Source of the DNA: an uncultured bacterium
GTDB lineage: Bacteria > Lernaellota > Lernaellaia > Lernaellales > Lernaellaceae
Assembly: GCA_964534375.1 (NCBI GenBank)
Contig: CAZHPN010000049.1
Coordinates: forward strand, 1-35,054
Direction of reading: 5' to 3'
Length of the DNA: 35,054 nt
Within the stretch, counting starts at the first letter, position 1; the number at the start of each line of letters is the position of its first letter. A program made the position numbers and the translations under genes. This document shows positions 28,508 to 35,054 of this stretch, piece by piece. The notes under the pieces are model-generated. The model did no database searches, was not told the DNA's origin, and saw nothing but the letters and a program-made list of their open reading frames with translations.

Positions 28508-29398
28508 ATGACCGACCAGCCCGCGATCGTCGATGTGCGGCGCGACAGTTCGGCCGACGGGCCCGGAATCCGCACGGTCGCCTTTCTCAAAGGCTGTCCG
28601 CTGCATTGCAGCTTCTGCCACAACCCCGAAACGCAGGATCCGCGGCCCGAAATGGCGTTTTTCCGCGCCCGCTGCATTTCTTGCGGACGTTGCGCCGAGG
28701 CATGCGCCGAGCAGGCGATCGACCTGGAGTTGCCCGGCCGCATTCACCGCGACCGCTGCCAACGGTGCGGCGCCTGCGCCGAGGCGTGCGCGAGCGGCGC
28801 GTTGCGGCTGATCGGCGTGCGCCGCTCGCCCGACGAGCTCGCCAAAATCCTGCTCCAAGATGCGCCGTTTTTTCGCAACGGCGGCGGCGTGACGCTGTCC
28901 GGCGGCGAAGCGACGATGTTTCCGGAGTACCTCGACGCGCTGCTGCGCCGGCTCCGGGCGGCGGGCGTACACGTCATTCTCGAAACCAGCGGCTTCTTCG
29001 ACTACGGCGTCTTTTCGTCGCGAATTCTGCCTTATCTCGATGAAGTCTATTTCGATCTCAAACCCGCCCTGCCCGCGGCGCACCTGCGCTGCACCGGCCG
29101 CGACAACGGCGCGATTCACGAGAACCTGCGGCGATTGCTGGCGCACGCCCGCATCCCCGTGCTGCCGCGCGCGCCAATGATTCCGGGCCTCACCGACACG
29201 CCCGCGAATTTGCGCGCGCTCGCGGCAGTGCTGCGGGAATGCGGGGCCAAGCGCATCGAGTTGCTGCCGTACAACCCGCTCGGTTTGGACATGTACGAGG
29301 CGTTGAACCGGCCGCGTCCGCGCCTGCCCGACAAGTTCCCTACGCCCGAGGATTTCGCCGCGTTGTGCGCCTCGTTCGCCGCGCTCAGCGGCTGTTGA
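28508..29398 (+). CDS. Glycyl-radical enzyme activating enzyme (radical SAM with 2x[4Fe-4S] insert)
   Basis: DGPGIRTVAFLKGCPLHCSFCHNPE; CISCGRCAEAC and CQRCGACAEAC; GGVTLSGGE; ETSG; ELLPYN. Confidence 0.95.
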   Translation: MTDQPAIVDVRRDSSADGPGIRTVAFLKGCPLHCSFCHNPETQDPRPEMAFFRARCISCGRCAEACAEQAIDLELPGRIHRDRCQRCGACAEACASGALRLIGVRRSPDELAKILLQDAPFFRNGGGVTLSGGEATMFPEYLDALLRRLRAAGVHVILETSGFFDYGVFSSRILPYLDEVYFDLKPALPAAHLRCTGRDNGAIHENLRRLLAHARIPVLPRAPMIPGLTDTPANLRALAAVLRECGAKRIELLPYNPLGLDMYEALNRPRPRLPDKFPTPEDFAALCASFAALSGC

Positions 29399-30923
29399 AC
29401 GACTGCGCCGGCGATTTGGCCGACGGATTTTCGTCCGTGATCGTTTTCTGCAAATCGACGAGAATTTGCCGGCGCACCGCGATGTCCGCCGCCGTTGCCG
29501 CGGCGAAATCGCCGACGCGTTTTTCCATCGCCGCCGTTTCCATCAAGTTCTTCAAACGCTGATAAAACGGATTCTGCTCTGGGTCGTCGGGCAGCACCGG
29601 TTCCAAAACGACGGGCGTCGCCGCGCCATCAGCGGTTTCGTTGTAAAGCCGCAGGACGGCGACGTGCAGTTGCTCGTCGATCAGCAGCGCCGAACCGCCG
29701 TGATGCGGGTCCGGCGTCACGGTTTCGACGACCCATCCGCCGATGTTGCAGAGCCGCACGGCGCCGAAGCCGGCGAAGCTCCGCGACAATTGAAACGGCA
29801 AATGCGTATGCCCGAAAACGAACACGGTCTCGGGCGAAACCGCCTCGGGCTCGTCGGGCATTTGCCGGCGCAGCGGCTGCTCGACAAACCAGGCCAGCTT
29901 TTCGCTGCGCGAACCCGTCAGCGGAAAACTGGAAGCGGCGCCGAGGCTCTTTTCCAGCGCGTCGCCGCCTCGCTGCAGCAGGCAATCGATTACGCCGGTC
30001 CGGGCGATCAGCTTCACGCCCCATCGTTTCCACCACGGTTCTTTCGCCACGGCCGCGACCGCCATCGCGTTGAGATTTTTCGCGACGCGCTCGAGCATCG
30101 CCTGGCGCGACGCCGCGTTGTCGACGCAAAAGTACGCCTGGTTCAGTTCCGCGCCGGCGGCGCCGGAACGGCCCAACGTCGACCAAAAAAAATCGATCCA
30201 CGCAAAATTCTCGGCCTCGATTTCTTCGACCGTCGCCGGCTGCTTGCGCTTCGGAAAAATCAGATTCACCAATTCCGTCGCGCCGTAACACACAGAATCG
30301 ATAAAATGCCCGTGGCTGAAAATCACCGTCCGGCCGCCGGGCGCGACGCGCGCGCCGAAATTCGGGTAGGCCATCGCCGTCTGCACGTGCGTCGAACCCG
30401 CGATCCGCTTCAGGCAACTTTCGAGGAAAACCGACCGCGGCAGCTCCGCCGGAGCGGCAAACAAGCGCGTCGAGTGCCCGCCAACGTCGGCCGGTTCGTT
30501 CGAGCCGCGGGCCGCTGCGCGCGCCGCCAATTCGGCAACTTGTCTTTCGCGGGCCCACTCCCACAAGTGGTGATCGTGATTGCCCGGCAGGTAAAGAACC
30601 CGACCGAACGGGTTTCCCTCGGCGCCGGTCAGGGCGCGCAAGAACGACGCGAAGCCGGCGTCGGCGACGGAAAGGTCGGCCAGATCCATTTCCAGAATGT
30701 CGCCGTCGAGCAGCAACGTCGGCCGCTCCGCGCCCGCCGACTCGTTGGCGGCGACGAGCGCCCGGATGATTTGGCACAGACCGGCGGCAGTCCGGCTCGG
30801 CTGGTCGCGGTTCACCGCGAACGGGAGTCCGTCTCGGCCCGTGGTCGCCGCAACGTTGGTCATCAGGCTGTTGGGCTGGCCGATGTGGAGGTCGGAAAGG
30901 CAGACGGTGCGAATGTCGAACAT
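29385..30923 (-). CDS. Calcineurin-like metallophosphoesterase
   Basis: GGGGAGG then ATG at 30923; SDLH, GD, GNHD, SHGH and GHTH motifs in order. Confidence 0.88.
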   Translation of the reverse strand: MFDIRTVCLSDLHIGQPNSLMTNVAATTGRDGLPFAVNRDQPSRTAAGLCQIIRALVAANESAGAERPTLLLDGDILEMDLADLSVADAGFASFLRALTGAEGNPFGRVLYLPGNHDHHLWEWARERQVAELAARAAARGSNEPADVGGHSTRLFAAPAELPRSVFLESCLKRIAGSTHVQTAMAYPNFGARVAPGGRTVIFSHGHFIDSVCYGATELVNLIFPKRKQPATVEEIEAENFAWIDFFWSTLGRSGAAGAELNQAYFCVDNAASRQAMLERVAKNLNAMAVAAVAKEPWWKRWGVKLIARTGVIDCLLQRGGDALEKSLGAASSFPLTGSRSEKLAWFVEQPLRRQMPDEPEAVSPETVFVFGHTHLPFQLSRSFAGFGAVRLCNIGGWVVETVTPDPHHGGSALLIDEQLHVAVLRLYNETADGAATPVVLEPVLPDDPEQNPFYQRLKNLMETAAMEKRVGDFAAATAADIAVRRQILVDLQKTITDENPSAKSPAQSFNSR

Positions 30924-31082
30924 GGCGGCCTCCCCCGGCGATGCGGTTTCGCCCATGACTTTGATTTTATTGCGCTACGTTTGTTCGTCGGAAATCCTTT
31001 GTCAAGGGTTCTCCGCCGCCGTTCCTCACCGATTGTCCGGCAACTATTGAAGATGACGAAAGAATTTTTTTTCGCGCCCGGG

Positions 31083-31111
31083 TTGGCAATTTGAATAACT
31101 GCATGTATTAT
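31083..31111 (+). promoter_or_regulatory. Sigma70-type promoter upstream of the small ORF and B12 radical SAM gene
   Basis: TTGGCA-17 nt-TATTAT in an AT-rich intergenic stretch. Confidence 0.6.
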
Positions 31112-31139
31112 TTTTCAGCAACCTTCCGAAGGTGACATC

Positions 31140-31199
31140 ATGAATTGCTGCTTCTGGGGTTGTTTCTGCAACCGCAGGTCAGCCGCTGACGTAAAATAA
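31140..31199 (+). CDS. Putative 19-aa Cys-rich peptide MNCCFWGCFCNRRSAADVK
   Basis: Read by hand. AAGGTG 5 nt before the ATG, just downstream of the promoter; TAA 61 nt before the radical SAM start. Confidence 0.45.
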   Translation: MNCCFWGCFCNRRSAADVK

Positions 31200-31260
31200 C
31201 CGCCCGTGCGCCAGCCCTCGATCGCCGGGCACAACGAGCCGCAACGCTCCTAGGTTTGCG

Positions 31261-32559
31261 ATGAAATTGTTGTTGATCAACCCCAAGGCGCCTCTCGCGG
31301 AGGCGAAAACCGTCAATGGCTTCCGATTCCCGCAGATGACGCTCGCGCACGTCGCGGCCCTTTTCCCACAGGACCTCGACATCCAAATCGCCGACGAAAT
31401 TCTGGAGCCCGCCCCGCTCGACGCCGCCGTCGAACTCGTCGGCATCACCGTCATGAGCGAAGTCGTCGAACGCGCCTATTATCTCGCGGACGAATATCGC
31501 CGCCGCGGCATTCCCGTCATTCTGGGCGGCGTGCACGCGACGTTGTGTCCCGACGAGGCCAAGGAGCATTGCGACTCGGTCGTCGTCGGCGAGGCGGAAG
31601 GACTGCTCGACGATCTGATGAAGGATTTTCGCGCCGGCCGGCTGAAGCCGTTCTACCGCCGCGTAAACCTCGCCGACCTCCGCGATTTGCCGATTCCGCG
31701 GCGCGATCTGCTGAAGAAAGACGCCTATCGCACGCTGAATCTGGTCCAGATGACGCGCGGCTGTCCGAACAATTGCGTGTTCTGCGTCGTGCACAAAGTC
31801 CACGGGCGAAAAGTGCGCACGCGCCCGATCGACAGCGTGCTGGCGGAAATCGCGTCGCTCGAAGGCGACCACATCGCCTTTTCCGACGACAACCTCGCGG
31901 CCGATTTCAAGTACGCCAGGGAGTTCTTCGCGCGGCTGGCGCCCCTGGGCAAGAAGTTCATCGGCCAGACTTCGTTCAACGTGCTGAGCGACGACGGCAT
32001 GCTGGATCTGCTGCACAAGGCCGGCGCCGTCGGTTTCATCATCGGCTTCGAGTCGATTTCCCAAGACACGCTGGCGGCGATGAAGAAGCGCATCGACCCC
32101 ACGCGGTTTATCGATCGCATCAAGAAAATCCACGACCTGGGGATCAGCGTCCTGGGCTCCTTCGTCTTCGGCATGGACACCGACGGCCCCGACATTTTCG
32201 ACCGGACCATCGAATTCGTCGAAACCGCGGGCGTCGACGTGCCGCAGTTCACGTTGCTGACGCCGTTTCCGGGCACAGAACTCTATGCGCAATTCGAACG
32301 AGAAAACCGCCTGGTGCTGCCGCAATGGTGGCTGACCAGCGGTTGGAATCTCGTGCCGTATCAACCGAAGCAGATGACGCGCGAGGAGTTGCGCGCGGGC
32401 TGGATTCGCACGCAGAAAACGGCGTATCAGTTGTCGCGCATCGTGCGGCGCACCGGCGGCCACATCAAGAAAGGCTCGTGGCTCAACGCCCAGATCACCT
32501 GGACGCTCAACATGGCGTATCGCTCGATCACGTCGGCCCTGGTTCGCGCCGAAAACTGA
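31261..32559 (+). CDS. Cobalamin-binding-domain radical SAM enzyme (class B methyltransferase-like)
   Basis: B12-binding region LVGIT, ILGGVHAT, VVVGEAE; TRGCPNNCVFC (CxxxCxxC); FSDDN, IGFES, FVFGMD, LTPFPGT. Confidence 0.93.
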   Translation: MKLLLINPKAPLAEAKTVNGFRFPQMTLAHVAALFPQDLDIQIADEILEPAPLDAAVELVGITVMSEVVERAYYLADEYRRRGIPVILGGVHATLCPDEAKEHCDSVVVGEAEGLLDDLMKDFRAGRLKPFYRRVNLADLRDLPIPRRDLLKKDAYRTLNLVQMTRGCPNNCVFCVVHKVHGRKVRTRPIDSVLAEIASLEGDHIAFSDDNLAADFKYAREFFARLAPLGKKFIGQTSFNVLSDDGMLDLLHKAGAVGFIIGFESISQDTLAAMKKRIDPTRFIDRIKKIHDLGISVLGSFVFGMDTDGPDIFDRTIEFVETAGVDVPQFTLLTPFPGTELYAQFERENRLVLPQWWLTSGWNLVPYQPKQMTREELRAGWIRTQKTAYQLSRIVRRTGGHIKKGSWLNAQITWTLNMAYRSITSALVRAEN

Positions 32560-32673
32560 GTTCGCCGCCCCACGCCCCCATAGGCGCTAGAATAAGCGCG
32601 GGTCGCATTGCCACGCCGTGTTTTCCGCCGCGCGGACCTCTCCCCGGTCGATCACGCGGTCGCGTGTTCGACC

Positions 32674-32855
32674 TGCCCCTCCCCGACACAGGGAGGGGCA
32701 CACAGGCGCCGCGTTGGCAGGCGGACGCGCGTTGATAAAAAAGGGGCCTCGATTGTTGATTCATCAAGGTGAAGGCGAATTCGCGAGCCGTGGAGGACCT
32801 CTTCGTAATGCGGGTCCGCCGCGGCGTCCGCTCGCCCCTCCCTGTGTCGGGGAGG
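32674..32855. repeat. REPIN/BIME-like element: two inverted REP hairpins bounding an imperfect long palindrome
   Basis: CCTCCCCGACACAGGGAGGGGC (32678-32699) is the exact reverse complement of 32834-32855; the left copy also forms a 10-bp hairpin (32674-32700). Confidence 0.8.
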
Positions 32856-33039
32856 AGCGCGGCCACGCTGGGCGTGGACGGGGAAGAGGTCTGCGCGACC
32901 AAAAACAATTGCAATTCGGCCCTTTTCGCGGCGTTGCCGGTCTTGTTCTTGCGCCTATGCCCCGCGACGACCCCCTGGAGTTACGTCGGCGGATGGGATA
33001 CAATCTGTTTATACCAAGAAAACAACAAAAGGGAGGATC

Positions 33040-34113
33040 GTGATCGACGCGTCCGTCGCCGTGTTGTTGAATATGAACGCCAGCCGCTCCGGACCCGCGG
33101 TTTTGGAGGCGTTGCGCCGGATTCTGCCGGAAACGGACATCTATGCGTCGCGCACCGCCGCCGAGGCCGACCAGGCCGTCGACGCCGTGCTGGCCCGGCA
33201 GTACTCGCTCGTGTTTTGCGGCGGCGGCGACGGCACCGCCATGCACGTCATGAATCGCGTTTATCACACCCTGCGCGCGCGAACCGCCGCGGGCGCGCCG
33301 GCGCGGGTTCCCGCGTTCGGCTTCCTGAAACTCGGCGGCGGCAACGGTTGGGCGACGCAGATGAACACTCCGGCCGGGGTCGCGGCGCTGCAAGCGGCGC
33401 GGCAAACCGCCGCGGCGGATCTTCGTTTCTCGCGCTGCAACCTTCTGGATTGCGACGGCGAGATTTTCGATCGCGGCGGGATGGGCCTGGACGCGTTGAA
33501 CCTGAACTCTTACGTGGCCTTGAACGAACGTTTCGCCGGCGGTCCCCTCGCCCCGGCTTTTCGCGGTTTCGCGGGCTACTGGGCCGCGCTATTCGGCAAA
33601 ACGCTGCCGCACATGATCTCGCAAGGCCTGCGCACGCGCGTCCGCGTCACCAATCTCTCGGACCAACCGGTGCTGCGCGTCAACGACGCCTGCGAAGCCG
33701 TCGTCACGGACATCGGCAAGGGCCAAACGATGTACGAGGGGCCGGCGATCTGGGTCGGTTTCGGCACAATTTGCGTCGGCGGGTACGGCTTCATCATGTT
33801 TCCGCATGCGCAAAAAAAGCGCGGCCACATGAGCCTGCGCATTCTCGACGTCTCGATTCCGCGGGCGTTGCGCAACGTCCGGTCGATGTACAACGGTTCG
33901 TACCGCGACAAAGACTTGCAGGAATTTCTGGCGCGCGACGCGCTCGTCGAGTTCGAGCGCGACACGCCCTTTCATCTCAACGGCGATGCAAAAGGTTATC
34001 GCCGTGCGGTTCGGGTAAAAGTGTCCGATTTCGAGCCGGACATCCTCGACTTCCGCCGTCCGGCGGGGGCCGGGGTCGACGGCGCGGAACCCGGGCCGAA
34101 TATCGCACCTTAA
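33040..34113 (+). CDS. Diacylglycerol-kinase-family (YegS/DgkB-like) lipid kinase
   Basis: GGGAGG then GTG; LLNMNAS, CGGGDGT, LGGGNGWA, GMGLDA, GGYG, FHLNGD. Confidence 0.85.
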   Translation: MIDASVAVLLNMNASRSGPAVLEALRRILPETDIYASRTAAEADQAVDAVLARQYSLVFCGGGDGTAMHVMNRVYHTLRARTAAGAPARVPAFGFLKLGGGNGWATQMNTPAGVAALQAARQTAAADLRFSRCNLLDCDGEIFDRGGMGLDALNLNSYVALNERFAGGPLAPAFRGFAGYWAALFGKTLPHMISQGLRTRVRVTNLSDQPVLRVNDACEAVVTDIGKGQTMYEGPAIWVGFGTICVGGYGFIMFPHAQKKRGHMSLRILDVSIPRALRNVRSMYNGSYRDKDLQEFLARDALVEFERDTPFHLNGDAKGYRRAVRVKVSDFEPDILDFRRPAGAGVDGAEPGPNIAP

Positions 34114-34128
34114 TAAGGAGTGTTTCGC

Positions 34129-35004
34129 ATGTGGGCTGCCGTTTCGTCGGCGTTCGGTTGGCTGGGCAAGGAACTGGCGCTGGTCTGGGCCGCTGTCTTA
34201 TCGGCGTTCATTTGGCTGGCGATTCTGCTGCTGATCTTCATCTGGGTCCCCTTGCTGTGGACCGTCAAGCTGTTCGATCGCGACCCGAACCGCTATCGCA
34301 CCGGCCGCTGGTTCCGGCGGCTCGGCGTCGCCCAGACGAAGGTGAATCCGAACTGGCGGATCAAGATCACGGGCCGGGAGCACGCCAAGAATCCGCGGAA
34401 TCCGTATGTCGTCGTCAGCAACCACCAATCGATGGCGGATATCCCCATCATTTCGCTGTTGCCGTGGGAAATGAAGTGGATCGGCAAGAAATCGCTCTTC
34501 GATATCCCCTATTGCGGGCGCTTGTTCAAGTGGGCCGGCGACATCCCGGTCGACCGCGACGACGAGGAGAGCCGCTCCAAGGCGCTGGAAAAGGCGATCG
34601 ACTACCTCAACCGCGGCGTCTCGGTAATGTTTTTCGCCGAAGGCACGCGCACCCTCGACGGCCGGGTAAAACGTTTCAAAGACGGCGCATTCCTCGCCGC
34701 CGTGCGCACGCAACTGCCGCTGCTGCCCCTCGTCGTCGAGGGCTCGTACGACTGCCTGCCCAAGCACAGTTGGATCTTCCGCCGCTGCCCGGTCGTCCGC
34801 CTGCGGGTCATGCCGCTGGTCGAGACCGCCGGGCTGACTCTCGCCGACGTGCCGATGTTGCGCGACAAAATCCGCAACCAGGCGATCGAGCAAATCGCCG
34901 CTTGGCGGAAGGTCGATCCGGCGACCGTCGACGCCCTGGTCGACCTCGGACCGGAGACGGCGGCGGAAACCGCGGACAACGAAGCCGACGAATTCGCGCA
35001 CTAG
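34129..35004 (+). CDS. Lysophospholipid acyltransferase (PlsC-like)
   Basis: AAGGAG then ATG at 34129; N-terminal TM segment; NHQSMAD (HxxxxD), IPVDR, FAEGTR, FKDGAF. Confidence 0.92.
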   Translation: MWAAVSSAFGWLGKELALVWAAVLSAFIWLAILLLIFIWVPLLWTVKLFDRDPNRYRTGRWFRRLGVAQTKVNPNWRIKITGREHAKNPRNPYVVVSNHQSMADIPIISLLPWEMKWIGKKSLFDIPYCGRLFKWAGDIPVDRDDEESRSKALEKAIDYLNRGVSVMFFAEGTRTLDGRVKRFKDGAFLAAVRTQLPLLPLVVEGSYDCLPKHSWIFRRCPVVRLRVMPLVETAGLTLADVPMLRDKIRNQAIEQIAAWRKVDPATVDALVDLGPETAAETADNEADEFAH

Positions 35005-35054
35005 CCCAACTTCGCCAGTTCAGGGGTCGTGATTCTGTAAATTCGCATACTTAG

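Noticed and set aside
31083..31260. Sigma54 promoter or cobalamin riboswitch ahead of the B12 radical SAM gene
   Set aside because: GG-to-GC spacing in TGGCA...TGC is 14 nt rather than 10; no B12-box or conserved riboswitch core is visible.
32756..32767. FNR-like site TTGAT-TC-ATCAA (and TTGAC-AGG-ATCAA at 10065 and 12721)
   Set aside because: Spacers are 2 and 3 nt rather than 4, and the sites lie inside repeat elements.
35005..35054. AT-richer right end as a possible IS or repeat terminus
   Set aside because: Only 50 nt are visible, with no partner repeat in the window.

Overview
GC-rich bacterial window, probably from a Myxococcota/Deltaproteobacteria-like diderm (inferred from FHA-GGDEF and Ser/Thr kinase signalling, Asp-rich exported proteins and FadL-type barrels). 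It holds about 24 genes; I saw no rRNA, tRNA, CRISPR array or transposase. Block 1 (1-10046) encodes exported proteins with poly-Asp linkers: a neprosin-type glutamic peptidase missing from the ORF track, a GH13 lipoprotein, an unknown helical protein, a 7-repeat propeller lipoprotein and a papain-family protease, plus an MFS transporter. The Asp linker either follows an N-terminal lipobox Cys or precedes a C-terminal Gly-Cys tail, which suggests an undescribed C-terminal anchoring signal. Block 2 (10309-16115) has two Gfo/Idh/MocA paralogues around a small ORF, a signal-peptide START protein and two FadL-like barrels. Block 3 (16277-25068, minus strand) is a five-gene signalling operon: 7TM sensor-His kinase-REC-adenylate cyclase; Ser/Thr kinase-cNMP; class II cAMP phosphodiesterase-FHA-GGDEF; PAS His kinase; single REC. 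It could wire His-Asp, cAMP, pThr and c-di-GMP signalling into one cascade. Block 4 (25326-29398) is a Cys-Val-Glu glycyl radical enzyme coupled to an SCP2-like protein and an activase. Block 5 (29385-35004) has a metallophosphoesterase, a 19-aa Cys-rich ORF ahead of a B12 radical SAM gene, a REPIN-like element, a DAG-kinase-family gene and a lysophospholipid acyltransferase. All calls come from reading motifs by eye; no database searches were run.
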